64,000 nt of DNA from Camelus dromedarius (lineage: Eukaryota): positions 37,140,001 to 37,204,000 of the forward strand of contig NC_087436.1 of the NCBI RefSeq assembly GCF_036321535.1. Reading direction: 5' to 3'. Positions within the stretch are counted from its first letter, which is position 1, and every line of letters starts with the position of its first letter. Of the stretch, positions 50,101 to 62,610 are shown piece after piece. Both the position numbers and the translations under genes were made by a program. A model generated the notes under the pieces. The model saw only the letters and a list, made by a program, of their open reading frames with translations. It did not search any database and was not told the DNA's origin.

Positions 50101-53100
50101 GGAACACACCCATTTATACCTTGTAGAAAGAGTACCTGGACTGTTACCACTAATGGGAATTTAAGATTTCTTAATTGAGAGTAACTGAAGGGCCCTTTCG
50201 TAAGCTTTTGAATTTTTTTTCTCAACCGATACCTGGCACTAAGAGAATTCCTATTATTTCAAGGATTTGATAAGCCACAGTGAGTCATTCACCTGAGAAT
50301 TGAACATTTTGTAGATAACCCACTTTTCTTTTTAACATTTTTAATGTGTTAAACTGATTTTACCTCCTTCCCCACCAAGTCCTTGTTTTGTGCTTTCTCT
50401 GGAGGGAAGGTTGAGCTCTTCAAGGAAGTGGGGGAACAGTGTTTATGGAGCACCTACTGTTGGTTACCTGACATTGCTCAGTGAATTCATTATCTAAGTT
50501 ACAAAATCTCCAGTAATAACTCCATAGAAATACTATTCCTAGTCTGTAGATGAAGGCACTGAAGCTCAAGAAGACATTAAGTAACTCATCTAAGACTCAG
50601 ATGAGGACAAGGACCAGGTCTTTTTTGACTCTAAAACCGCTATACTTTGCTTATCAAAGTGTGCTTGGGCTGCACCGTCAGGCCCCCTCTGAGGACGGAG
50701 GACGGTGAGGAGGTGTGAGGGCCCCTCATCCAGGGTGGCTCCATGGATGCTAAGCATCCTCATTCAGAAGAAAGGACCCTCAGGTTAAAACAAGACAAAA
50801 CAAAACTTGTAAATACCGCTCTGCGTGAAGATGCCGTCGTTACTGCTGTGTATGATTTACTTAGTAGTAGTTCCAGAATAGAGACTGATACCAAACATAA
50901 TCCTTCCAAGAAAATTAAGAGATGGTTAAAAATAGCCATTTCACCAGTTATTCCCGTACGACAGGCTTACCTGCTATACCTACTCGGGGAGATTCCTAGC
51001 AATCTAGCACAGTTGATAAGGAAGGAGGGCTTCAGCAGGGCTTGCCGTGTGGTACAGGATGAGCCCCACACCCTCCTAGGTGTTACCGTATGTGTCTATC
51101 TTACCTGTATGTAGTGAACATACTAGAGGTAAGTAACCAGTATCCTCAGAATGTTGGTATTCATAGTAATTTTTATTTTTCAATGATTTTTCTCTTTTTC
51201 ACAAAATTTCTCAGTGAACATATTTCATTGTAATTATATGTAAAAAAGTTATTTTAAGATGGGTCTGTAACACTGTGATACAGTTCTAAAGTTTACATAC
51301 TTTCATGACTTTCACACTAACTCCTTTTCAGTTTGGAATAGCATGCTCACATGACCAGGATTGGTGTTATTTTTCTCACTAAAATAAATTAATTTCCAAA
51401 TTGAGCGTAAAGATGATTCTCTGGAAATGGAAAAAAAAATAAATCTGTAACACTATATAATAATAATCTATATTCTTAAACATAATGTGATAAGAATTTT
51501 GACATCCAAATACGTGTTCTGATCACCTCCTATCCTTATTTGTTTTGCCATTTGTAGGCATAAGGGCAGCTGCAAGTAGCAGTCTCAGCAAATTGCATTC
51601 ATCTGGTTTTAATAGGTATACTTTTACCTTGAAATGAATAAAGGGTAGTAAAGACATTTTAAAGATTCTTTGAGTTTTAATAAATTATCTATGTCTTAAT
51701 AAATAGACTCAGATATAATGGTATTTGTGTATGATTTTATTTTTTCAGCAAGTATATGAACACTGGAAAGCATATAGTCTTTTCCATGTGAAAAACTAAA
51801 TATGAACACTCATACTGTTCAACAAGTATATGTTAAGTGCCTGCTGTATGCCAGGAGCTGTGATACACCCACAGCCTTTCAGTTTTATTGTGATCTTTTA
51901 GAAATGGGGAAACTTCCTGTAGCTAGCATTGTTTAAATTTCACTTATAATGAGAAAATACAGAGTTTCCTTTTTATCATGTGTTATTGAACAGCTGCAGA
52001 GCAGGCAAAACAGAAAAATGCAGACACCTTAGCTCCTGGTTAAATTTTTTCCCTGTAAGTGGATGCATCAACAGTGGGGTAATCAGAGCTTTCCACCAAC
52101 CACACCATTGCTCCTGAATGACTGGAAGTTATGGTAGACCTTTTGGGAACATTTAACTTGGCCTTATTGCTATGCCTTATCGCTCTGACCCACTAATCTT
52201 CTGTGGCACAGTTCAGGGGCAAGGTCCAAAGTCGTCCCAAGCTCAGTGAGGGGAGTTTCAGAGTAGGAAACATTAGAATTGAAAAATAGGAGATGAAGAA
52301 TCAGGTAAATCAGCATTCAGGGACTAAAACACAAGTGTGATGAAGAACATGGAAATGAGATGGAAGAACAGTTTATTAACTGGGGTTGAAATTTTCACAG
52401 GCTTTGTTTCAGGCTGGAGAACTTAAGTGGGGGACGGATGAAGAAAAGTTTATTACCATCTTTGGAACACGGAGTGTGTCTCATTTGAGAAGGGGTGAGT
52501 GAAAAAAGTGTGTATGACACAGGTACTTTGGTAAATTTTTTTTCTGTATGTAATGGTTAATTTTTAAAGTACAGGAGCCAGTTTGTCAAAATTATCTGAT
52601 GCATAACAGACGCTTACTAAATGAATCAGTTTTTATATTTCTTTCTTTTGGTGACCTCGAGAAATCTCAATTCTCTTTGCTATTGTAGCTTTCACAAAAC
52701 TAGACATCTTTAATCTAACTCTCTTCACTGTCATATGATGATTAGGGAGGTGGGCCTCTAGATTGTTACTCTCATAGTCACAAATCACCGAGCTGTAGCT
52801 CCCTACAAGAATTTCCTCCTAGATAGTGGTACCTAAGGGCTCATTTCTGGATATTCATCAGTATTTGTGTATCAGGTAGGAATGAGTTCAGTGGCAAGTG
52901 ACAGAAAACACTATTAATAGTGGCTTTAAAAATTGGGCTTTCTGTAGGTAGGATTCCTTGGCTGATTTGGCAAGACCTGGGCTCTTTTTCTTTTTCTGCT
53001 TCACCCCCCTGAGTGCTTTGGTTTTCTTTCTCATGCTTGGTACCTCTTTGTCACAACGTGGCTGCTGTTGCTCCAAGCATATCAACCATTTTTGCTTCAA

Positions 53101-56100
53101 GAAGAAAAGAAAGGGGTAAATTAATAGCTGTCTGTTGCTTTTAATAAGGAAAGGGAAAGATTACTCAGAATCCTCTCCAACAGATTTATTTACCTTTAGG
53201 TCTCATTTAAACTAATAAGGAGGTTCTGGGAAGTGAGTAAACAAAGAATATTTATAATCCATTGTTTAGGGCTTGGCACATTGAGGTTCTGAATAAAATT
53301 AGGGTCTCTCAGCAAGGAAAAAGGGGAGATTTGTGTTTGGTAGGAAAGTACCTGGTTAGAGTAAATACCTTGTTTCTGGAAAGTGATTCTTATGTGATTA
53401 AGAAATTGCTTTCCTGTTTTCTAGTGTTTGACAAATACATGACTATATCAGGATTTCAAATTGAAGAAACCATTGACCGAGAGACTTCTGGTAATTTGGA
53501 GAAATTACTCCTTGCTGTCGGTAAGTAATTTTTTATTGTGTATGATATTTGTGGTGTTAAGAGCTGAAGTATTTGATTCAGTTGAAGCTGTATCTGAAAA
53601 TAGCTAGCTGTTTCTTCATGAAAAGATCTTACCTTGATATTTGGGTGAAGCATACCCCTAAATTTCCAATTCAAAGTCTGTTTTGATGTTGGAAATACAT
53701 GATTTTCTAGTTAGTTCATCTAATTCTATGGGAATACTAAGAGAATTGTTTACAAATCATTTAGAAGCTGCATTAAAAATAACACTATTTCACTGTGAAC
53801 CTGAAATGTCATTGTCTCAGAGGCGTGTAAATGTTATTTCTGACACCTGTGGAATTCTGCTTTTCTTTTGAATATCGTTGTCACAGCTTTGAGGCCGACT
53901 GAGAAATTAGAATCTGATTTAGAAAAAGTATCTTTGATAACCGTGGAAAATGTGATGGTGACTGTCTTCCTGATTAAATAGTTTGATGTTTAATTTTAGC
54001 TAAATATTCAGAGTAACCTAGAAAAATTGGAGAACTGAGTTTGTGCAGTTTATTGTAGTAGTAGATATTCTTCTAGTCCAGGGAGAATGTAGCTTGTGAG
54101 TCGCCTGTGGTCCTGGTCTTCATATGGGTGTGGAGGGAAGCTTTGGCTGCTGTTGTTCCGAGTATTTGGTGTTGAGTTGAAGTTCTTGTGCTCTCTGACT
54201 TCTGGAGAATGAGCTAAAAATGTGCGTGAACCAGGACTAACAGTAACCTTTCACTTGAGTCCACTGTTAATGAATTTTAATAGAAAACTTTTAGATATCC
54301 CCTTTGTAACTGGAATACGTGTAAAAATTATGGTGTTTTTAGTTTTGGTGGCTGCTTTTCTTAAGCATTGGAAGAAAGAAAATACTGCTTCCCATTCAAT
54401 GATGTGTTATTTTGGTATATTAAGGAATTCTCATATGATAGTTTCTGAAGCTAAGCAGATTGAGTTCTGAGCAGCCCTAAGGTACTGTCGATTTGTACAT
54501 TTTCAGGGAAGACACTCTTTTCTGTTACCAGTTTATCTGGGTATTTCTCCCAAAACGTATGAGTCTCACGCCGCCCTGTGTGACTCACGGATGTTAAAGA
54601 ATACGGAGAGAATACCTGGATTAAGATTACAGGCAGATGTCTAAGGTTTGTCACAGATTAGAGAGAGTAAGTAGCTTGTATTATTTGCTTGAATATATTG
54701 AAGTGAAAACTCTGAGGATGTTTGTATAATTCACTGGGGATGAAAAAGGTTGTGGCTTAACAGCCCAGTCTGCCGAAACTGCCATTGCAGAAAGGTGCTC
54801 ATAGAACAAAGGGGCACTGAAACCCCTGCACCCCGTGTAGCGCTCAGAACTGTGAGGAGAGCTCAAGCCAGGATCTGTGGAGATACTCGGTAGCAAGGAG
54901 GTCAGAGCAGCTTGCAAATGAGCAGTTAGTTAGCCTGTGTTCCTTGCATAGTTTTATATAAGTAGAGCTGTAAGCCTGGGGCAGCTTTTGATTTTTAATT
55001 ACTTCATCTTTTCTCACATCAGAATAGCATGTGACCATTATATTACTTATTTTCTTAGTGAAATCCATTCGAAGTATACCTGCCTACCTCGCAGAAACCC
55101 TCTACTATGCTATGAAGGTAAGTGCATACGTTGAGTCTTCTAGTTAATTTATCTCTCTAGCATGTTTTAGATAATAGACATTGAGTTTTTTTCTCCTTAA
55201 AATGTGTAGTTCAATTCTGCTAAATTGTTTTACTTTATTGATTCACCCAACTCAGGGGAGTTTGATGATATAATTGACTTTTTTAAACAACGTGCCTCTC
55301 TTTCTTTTTTAAAGGGAGCGGGGACAGATGATCATACCCTCATCAGAGTGCTGGTTTCCAGGAGTGAGATTGACCTGTATAACATTAGGAAGGAGTTTAG
55401 GAAGAACTTTGCCACCTCTCTTTATTCCATGATTAAGGTAGTAGAACCTTTCCTTAAATTACACATAGAAATCTACAGCAGACCAGTATGTATCATGCAA
55501 GACATGGATGGGAGAACCCAATTATTGTGTTAAGTTTAAAATTTTACTGGTATGATTAGAGCTATGAGTTACAAAGCTTGGCATAATGTTTTCCTGGAGT
55601 ATGGATGATGGCTTCCGAGTGAAAGATTGGCTCTTGGTGAGCTTAGAAGCATTATTTAGTAGTGGTGACAGATGACTCACCAAAACCCAACCCCTTGTCC
55701 ACGATAATAATGTGTTCTTTCTCTCTTTTATCAGTTCCAGCTGTCTTATCAGTTCTTCCTTTCTTTTCATGTCATGGTCTTTTCTTCCTTCATTGTCTGT
55801 TATCACCTTGTCTCTGGTATTGGTTCATAGTTCAGGAAAGAACAAACCAGGTGTTATTAGAAGTAAGTAAAAAGCTTAAGTATTACTTTAATTTTTGTCC
55901 ATTTAAAAGCAGGGGACACTGTGGCCTATAGTGGAATTTGGCTTAAGACCTTTTGACTTCTTTTTCTCTTCCTTCCTTCCTTTCTCTGTCTCTGTCTCCC
56001 CCTCCCTTTCTTTCTTTATATCTTTCTCTCTTTTTCTCTTTGATAAGGGGGAATGTAGGCTGTATGCAAAGCAGTATCTCGGTTGAGCAAGATTTTAACT

Positions 56101-56712
56101 GTGTGTGTGTGTGTGCTCAGCTGAGCAAGATTTTGTGTGTGTGTGTGTGTGTGTATGTGGTGTGTGGCGTGGCTGGGCTGAATGAAAGGCAGAGCTCTTC
56201 CATGCATACATCTGTGTATAAGACTAACAGAAGCAAACTGTATCCTGCCCCTCTGTCTCTGACGCAGAGCCATAACAGCCAGGCAGTCCCAGCATTGCTC
56301 CTGTAGCCAGATGTGTACTACGTGATGGAAACTTACATCTTGTTTAGAAAGCTTGGCCTTAGCATGGTTGTAAAAGCATCCCTGTTCTCTGTGTTCCTAG
56401 AGGGAAGAACATACCCCACTGTCTTAGAACTGTGCTTTTAAGGGGTAAAATTAGGGATAAAGCTAAGCGAAGTCCCATCGGTAGGAAACTGCCTGTATAA
56501 CATTCCTGATGTGAAAGTCACACGCAGAGAGATTGTCCACTTGGGAGAAAAGTCATATGAATAGTATTTGTTGTCAAATATGTCTTAGTTTCATATTTTC
56601 TGTGACTTCTGTGAGTCACGGAGGCTAATGGAGTACATTTGGGTTTTAGGGTGATACATCTGGGGACTACAAGAAAGCCCTCCTGTTGCTGTGTGGAGGT
56701 GAAGATGACTGA
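29169..56712 (+). CDS. ANXA5: Annexin A5, spliced CDS: join(29169-29177,39441-39525,40787-40881,42036-42149,44478-44568,47055-47134,47469-47525,52401-52494,53425-53520,55059-55117,55315-55437,56650-56712); 321 aa
   Basis: Twelve coding exons, all bounded by AG/GT, total 966 nt in one frame. They translate [39 protein letters not shown]...[21 protein letters not shown], with annexin repeats (GLGTDE, GAGTDE, KWGTDE, GAGTDD). Exon sizes match the known ANXA5 layout. Confidence 0.98.
38221..39013. mobile_element. LTR element (MER21-like) in ANXA5 intron 2
   Basis: TG...CA ends; resembles MER21 ('caccagctgggtgtcct..tctgacactgtctacctgagatagtatcagatcccaca', 'aggagctctgtgccagaaatggggatgaagaccaaata'). 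Confidence 0.75.
39441..39525 (+). CDS. ANXA5: ANXA5 exon 3
   Basis: ccag|GTTCTCAGAGGC...CTGG|gtaaat; encodes [28 protein letters not shown]. Confidence 0.97.
40787..40881 (+). CDS. ANXA5: ANXA5 exon 4
   Basis: gcag|GCACTGATGAG...GGCAGG|gtaaga; encodes [32 protein letters not shown]. Confidence 0.97.
42036..42149 (+). CDS. ANXA5: ANXA5 exon 5
   Basis: ttag|GACCTT...CTTAAG|gtaaaa; encodes [38 protein letters not shown]. Confidence 0.97.
43471..43616 (-). mobile_element. tRNA-derived SINE (camelid Vic-type) in ANXA5 intron 5
   Basis: Same family as 26391; perfect 20-bp TSD taaaatgttttacttttaaa at 43451-43470 and 43617-43636. Confidence 0.92.
44478..44568 (+). CDS. ANXA5: ANXA5 exon 6
   Basis: acag|GGAGCT...GAAGAAG|gtacat; encodes [30 protein letters not shown]. 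Confidence 0.97.
47055..47134 (+). CDS. ANXA5: ANXA5 exon 7
   Basis: gcag|AATATGGC...CTTCAG|gtattg; encodes [27 protein letters not shown]. Confidence 0.97.
47469..47525 (+). CDS. ANXA5: ANXA5 exon 8
   Basis: gtag|GCTAAT...GCTCAG|gtgggt; encodes [19 protein letters not shown]. Confidence 0.97.
48279..48400. mobile_element. Tigger1-like terminal fragment
   Basis: ta|caggaggtattgtgggttcggctccagac..gcaataaag..atcacaataaag resembles a Tigger1 end. Confidence 0.65.
49733..49855. mobile_element. MER5-like hAT relic
   Basis: cagtgcttctca...caggaggtctgggtggg...tttctgacaggctctcaggtgac..gcactttgag. Confidence 0.5.
52401..52494 (+). CDS. ANXA5: ANXA5 exon 9
   Basis: acag|GCTTTG...AGAAGGG|gtgagt; encodes [31 protein letters not shown]. 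Confidence 0.97.
53425..53520 (+). CDS. ANXA5: ANXA5 exon 10
   Basis: ctag|TGTTTGAC...GCTGTCG|gtaagt; encodes [32 protein letters not shown]. Confidence 0.97.
55059..55117 (+). CDS. ANXA5: ANXA5 exon 11
   Basis: ttag|TGAAATCC...ATGAAG|gtaagt; encodes [20 protein letters not shown]. Confidence 0.97.
55315..55437 (+). CDS. ANXA5: ANXA5 exon 12
   Basis: aaag|GGAGCG...ATTAAG|gtagta; encodes [41 protein letters not shown]. Confidence 0.97.
56100..56166 (+). repeat. (TG)n microsatellites within a small tandem duplication
   Basis: Two TG tracts, each preceded by tgagcaagatttt. Confidence 0.8.
56650..56712 (+). CDS. ANXA5: ANXA5 exon 13 coding part
   Basis: ttag|GGTGATACA...GATGACTGA; encodes [20 protein letters not shown]. 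Confidence 0.97.
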   Translation, partial: GDTSGDYKKALLLLCGGEDD

Positions 56713-57142
56713 TGAGCGCCGGGGGGCCCTGGCCCGGCCTGCCGTCCTTCAGCACATCTCGCTGCGCTTCTCATCCGCTAGCACTTGGCGCGTTGCCTTA
56801 TTCGTCCTAGCATGCTCTGACCAAACGTGTATGCTGTAGAAGAGAGTAGTGGTGCTCCTTTCTGATCTTCCATTAAGATCTTTCTCTTTGACTGTTGTAG
56901 TACTGAAGTGTACTTATGTTACTGAGACCAAAGTCTGGATCTTTCATACTTTCCTTTAAGAGATCCGACTGCTTGTAGCTTTTTTTTTTTTTAAAGCTTC
57001 ATTTATATTAAACTGATAACCGTATTACCTTAATCAGAACCTTAGCCTTGGAATTGTGAACTCCTGGAAGTGTTATTAATCAAGTTTGCTACTAAATTAA
57101 ACCTGAAAAATTATGATGGTTGCATTCAAAAGATTAATGAAT

Positions 57143-57148
57143 AATAAA
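57143..57148 (+). terminator. ANXA5: ANXA5 polyadenylation signal AATAAA
   Basis: AATAAA about 430 nt after the stop codon, followed by a GT-rich downstream element (tgtgtgggtgtgttg). Confidence 0.8.
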
Positions 57149-57900
57149 CATTTCCTTCCTCTTAATTATGTGTGGGTGTGTTGAGAAAATTTACTTAATT
57201 TACCTGTTTGACAATGATGTCTTTTTTCAAGCTAGTCAACTGACAGTGGTGTCAGTTAACAGATGAATTTATAGTTGGCTTTTGGGTGAAAAGCTTGAAA
57301 TATAGTACGGAAAAATGAATTTCTTCTGCAGTGTGGAATGAGGGAGAGGTTGAAGGGGGTCTCTGATTATTGGTAGCATGTTTACATGGACATCAATTAA
57401 AGCAGGGTTTATGCTAGTTGCTTAGTAGAAAACTGATTTTAAACTTAACCTGAAAATTCAGAGTGCTACTTTTGACTCTACTTTTATTAACTTGTTTTTC
57501 TTGTTTTCACCTTCTTTGAGATAAAAAAGCAGACAGTAGGGAGACAAAAAGAGAGTTTCTTTCTCTCTTCTAATATTTACCTTTCAATTTTGTTTTCAAA
57601 CTGCTTCGGTTGGTGTCAATTTCACTTACTCCCTTAGAGATGCATTTTGTTTGTTTTGTTTTTTTAAGGAAATGATTGTTGTTAATAAGACATTTTAAAT
57701 AAATGGACTACTCTCCTGTTGAAAACTTAAATAGTGATACTATTTTTTTCACAAGCTTGGCTGGTCATCAGAATAACCATGAGAGCCTTAAAAATTATGA
57801 GTGTATACGTATCACATTGGATTTTTTTTCAGAAGCTTCATAGGGGATTCTGATGCAGAGCCAAGTTGACAATCAGTTGTCTCTACTCCCCTGCCTTCCC

Positions 57901-60145
57901 AGTTTTATTGAGATACAGTTGACATACAACACATGTTTAAGGTGTACAGCATAATGACTTGACTTCTATGTATTGAGAAATGATTATCACAAATAGTTCA
58001 GTTAACATCCATTATCTCATACAGATTTAAAAAAAAAAAAGGAAAAAATGTTTCTCCCTGTGATAAGAACTCTTAGGATTTACTCTTAGCAACTTTCAAA
58101 TATGCCATATAGCAGTATTTTTTAAAATATATTTTTATTGAAGTATATGGTCAGCAGCAGTATTAACTATAGTCATCATGTTGAACATTACATCCCCACG
58201 ACTTACTTATCTTAAACTGAAAGTTTGTACCTTTTGACCACCTTCCTTCAATTCCCCACTCCCTACCGTCTGCCTCTGGGAACCACAAATCTGATCTCTT
58301 TTACTGTAAGTTTTTGTTTTTTAGATTGTACATATGAATGAGATTGTACAGTACTTATCTTCTTGTTACTTCACTGAGTATAATGTTCTCAGTGTCCATT
58401 CACGTTCTCCTAAATGGCAAGATTTCCATCTTTTTTATGGTTGAATGATATCAGTGTGTGTGTATCTGTCTCACGTTACTTTATCCATTCATTTGTTGAT
58501 AGATACTTAGGTTGCTTCCATATCTTGACTATTGTAAATAATTTTGCAGTGAATGTGGGGGTGCCTATATCTTTTTGTGTTAATGTTTTCATTCTCTTTG
58601 CATAAATACCCAGAAGTGGGATTGCCGAATCATGTGATAGTTCTGTTTTTAATTTTTTTTTATTGAGTTATAGTCAGTTTACAATGTTGTGTCAATTTCT
58701 GGTGTACAGCACAATTTTTCAGTCATACATGAATGTAGTCAAGACTTGTAGCTCATGGTGAAAAAATACGAAAATGAATACATGTTTTTAATTTTTTGAA
58801 GAACCTCCATGCTGTTTCCATAGGGGTTGCATCAATTTACATTTCCACCAACTGTGTAGAAGAGTTCCCTTTTCTCTATATTCTTACCAACGCTTGTTTT
58901 TTTCTTTTTCATAATAGCCATTCTAACAGGTGTGAGATGATACCTCATTGTGGTTTTGATTTGCATTTCCCTGATTAGTGATGCTGAGTACTTTATGATG
59001 TACCTGTTGGCCATCTGTATGTCTCCTTTGGAAAAATGTCTGTTCAGATCCTCTGCCCACTTTTTAATTGGATTATTTTTGTTGCTATTGGGTTGAGTTC
59101 TTTATGTGTTTTGGTGTTAACCCCTTAACAGGCATCTGATTTGCAAATGTTCTCTCCCATTCTGTAGGTTTCCTTTCTATTTTGTTGGTTTCCTTTGCTG
59201 TGCAGCAGCTTTTCAGCTTGATGCATTTCTACTTGTTTATATTTTCTTCTGTTACCTTTGCTTTTGGTGTCAAATCCAAAAAAAAATCACCAAGTTTGAT
59301 GTCAAGGAGCTTGTCACCTATGTTTTCTTCTAGGGTTTTTGTGGTTTCAGGTCTTACGTTTAAATCTTTAATCCATTATGAGTTAGTTTTTGTGTATGGT
59401 GTAGGTTAGTGGTCCAGTTTCTTTTGTATATGGCTGTCCAGTTTCTCCAGAACCATTTACTGGACAGACCGTTCTTTCCTCGTTGTATATTCTTGGTTCT
59501 TTTGACGAAAATTGACTGTATATGCATGGGTTTATTTTTGGGCTCTCTGTTACGATGATCTATGTGTTTATTTTTAGCCCAATAACATACTACTGTTTTG
59601 GTTACTATAACTTTGTGATATAGTTTGAAATCAGGGAGTATGATGCCTTCAGCTTTGTTGGGGTCTTCTGTGGCTCCATACAAATTTTAGAATTGTTTGT
59701 TCTGTTTCAGTAAAAAATGCCATTGGAATTTTGATAGGGATTGCATTGAATCTGTAGGTTGCTTTGGGACATTTTAACAATATTATTCCAGTGATAAACA
59801 TGGAGTATCTTTTCATTTATTTGTGTCTGCTTGAATTTCTTTCAGCAGTGTCTTGTAGTTTTCAGTGTACAGGATTTTTTTATCTACTTGGTTAAATTTA
59901 TTCCTAAGTATTTTATTCTTTTTGATGCAATTGTAAATGGAATTGTTTTATTCATTTCTCTTTCTGATAGTTCATTGTAGGTGTATGGAAATGCTGCAGG
60001 TTTTTGTGTATTGATTTTTTATGTTGCAGCTTTACTGAATTCATTTATTAGTTTTAGCCTTTTTTTTTTTTTTGGTGGAGACTTACGGGTTTTCTTTTTA
60101 ATATCATGTCATCTGCAAATAATGACAGTTTTACTTCTTCCTTTC
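57901..60145 (-). mobile_element. L1 3' half (RT to 3' UTR), decayed
   Basis: Minus-strand ORF2 remnants ([38 protein letters not shown] near 60105-60132) and an L1MA-like 3' UTR. Confidence 0.9.
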
Positions 60146-61678
60146 AGGCTGCTGTCTCATGCTGTGCTGTGAGTGGGGGTAGCCGGTTAAGGATAATGTC
60201 TTTGTAACAGTCCTGTGGGACATACCAGTGCGAGCGCTGCTGGCCACCAGAGACAGGTGACCGAGAAGTGTCACCTGAGCAGCAGCTGCGAACGTTGTTG
60301 CACCGTGCACAAGCTCCCTGGGAGACACTGGAGACGAGTGAGGCAGAGAGCGTACAAAGATGGTGCCCACTTGCAGCCATCCCTGGCGAGCACTTCTGTA
60401 GGTCCCTGTAAGTGTGCCAGGCCGGAAGCCTAGCCCGCAGGCCGAGGTGCCAAGACAAGCAAACAGGCCTCTTTTCACAGAAAGGCTGGGGGTGTGTTTT
60501 TGTCTGCTGTCTGTGCAGTGCCTGGTGGGGGCAGCCCACCAAGAACTGTCTCTCCATTTGTTACAGCCCCACACGTACAAGCCATGCTGGCCACCAGAGC
60601 TGGGTGATCAAAGGGTGTCCCCGGGGCAGCAGCCACAAAACCCAGGATACCAGATATACGCACATGCTCCCTTACGGGACATGCAGGTAACCTGGAGCGT
60701 GGCAGCGGGACAGTGCGAAGACAGTGCCCGCCCTCCAAGGTCTCCAGAGAGATTTACAGTCAGCCCTTAGGTGTGTGTTTAGTTAGAAGTCTGCCCCTTA
60801 GGATGCAGCTATGAAGATAAACAATCAACCTCTTTCACAGAGACTGGGCGCCTCAGTCTTTGCATCTCTGCTGTGCCCTGGGGGCAGCAGCCAGGTAAGA
60901 ACCTTTTCTCCATCTGTTACAGTTTCGTGAGACCTGTGAGTGTGAGCCACACTGGCCACTAGAGATGTAGACACATCTGAGCGGCAGCTGCAGAATTGAG
61001 GCACCAGATGGTGTCTAAGCTCCTCTCCAGAGACACCAGTGGCCTGGAGCGAGGCAGAGGGACGGTGCGACATGGCACCTGCTGGCCTCCATCTCCGGAG
61101 AATATTGCAGGGGGCCGTTAGATGTGCGTTAAAGTAGAGGCTTGCCCCTCAGGCTGACACTTAAAGACACTCACATAAGCCTCTTTAACAGAAATCTGGG
61201 TGCTTTTCAGTTAGCTGCCTCCACCCTGGCCTTGGGTGGGTGAGTCTATGCCAACCTTTTCAGAACTGTTGTTCAGTTTGCTATAGCCTTGTGGGTGGGT
61301 CTCATGGATGTGAGTCCTGATAGTTTTCAAAGCTAGCTACCTGGGGGGCTTGTCGGGTGTAGGTGTTAAAATTGGGGTACCTGATGCTGGGGTGCCTCAA
61401 GCCTTTAGCTGCTCAGGGAGAAGCTCTGGAATTGCATTTTCCTGCACGATTGTGGGTTGTCGCGCCTTGGGTGGGGTTTGTGGTGAGATTGTGTCTCAGC
61501 CTCTCCTATCTGCTTCAGTGTGGGTTTTTTCCTCATTTGTCTGATAAGTGGGAGTCACTGAGAGAGGTGAGTTTTTTCCCCCAGAAGAAATTGCTTCCTA
61601 CATGGCTATAGATTTGGTGTGCCTGTGAGAGGAGGCGACTTCAAGATCCTCCTATGTTGGTAGCTTGAACCAGACTCT
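60146..61678 (-). mobile_element. L1 5' UTR block with about three internal ~350-bp repeats
   Basis: Minus strand begins ggttcaagctaccaacataggaggatcttgaagtcgcctcctctcacagg, resembling an L1 5' end; anchor ctggccac(c/t)agag recurs at 60240, 60587 and 60952. Confidence 0.7.
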
Positions 61679-61679
61679 T

Positions 61680-62075
61680 GGTTTTTCTTCCTTTTCTATG
61701 GATAAGGTGAATTATATCAATTGATTTTTGAATATTGAACAATTTTGCATTCCCAGGATGAACTGCACTTTGTCATAATGCTTTATCATTTTTATATGTT
61801 GCTGGATTTGTTTTGCTAATATATTTTTGAGGATTTTTGCTTCCCTCATGTTCATGAGGGATATTGGCCTGTAGTTTTCTTTTCTTGAAATGTTTTTTGT
61901 CTAGTTTTGGTATCAGAGTAATGCTGCCCTCATGAAATGAGTTGAGAAGTATTTCTATTCTATCCTGTGCAAGTTTATATAGAGTTGGTGTGAAAATTTT
62001 CCTTATATATTTGGTAGATTTGCCAATGAAGCCTGTCATGAAACTTTTTTGGGGAAGGTATTAAACTGTAAATTC
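61680..62075 (-). mobile_element. Older L1 ORF2 (RT region) fragment
   Basis: ORF 61773-62039 contains PTLYKL..LLNSFHEGSITLIPK, an L1 RT N-terminal motif. Confidence 0.8.
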
Positions 62076-62139
62076 AAATGTCTGTCTGTCTGTCTATCTG
62101 ATTTTTAATATACAGACATCAGTATATGTATTTATCAAA

Positions 62140-62610
62140 CACTTAATGCCTTAAAATAACCTGAATTATTATCTTACAGTTCTAGAGGTCAGAAGTCTAA
62201 AATCAGCCTCACTGGGCTGAAATAAAGGTGTCGGCAGGACTGGGTTCCCTTCAGGAAGCTCTATGGGAGATTCCATCTCCTTGTCTATCTCAGCGTCTAG
62301 AGGAGACCTGCATTTCTTAGCTTTTGGGCCCTTCCTCTGTCTTTGAAGCCAATAATCAATGCACTCCAATTTCTTCTTTCTGACCTCACATCTCCTTCTC
62401 TGACTCTAACTCTTTCCCTTTTTAAGGATCTGTGTTATATACACTGGGCCTACCTGGGTAATCCAGGTACTTTTCCCATCTCAAGATTACTTCTGCAAAT
62501 ACCTTTGTGCCATATGACGTCACATACTCACAGATTCTAGAGATTGACATGGACATCTCTCTCTCTTTCTTTTTTTGGTGGGAGCAGGGGTATTTTTCTG
62601 TCTCCCACAG
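62140..62610 (-). mobile_element. MaLR solo LTR (MLT1-like)
   Basis: 'ttatcttacagttctagaggtcagaagtctaaaatcagcctcactgggctgaaataaaggtgtcggcaggactg' resembles MLT1C/D. Confidence 0.75.

Noticed and set aside
60131..60770. Cluster of overlapping 70-150 aa ORFs
   Set aside because: Fall in a GC-rich L1 5' UTR repeat block; no coding signature.
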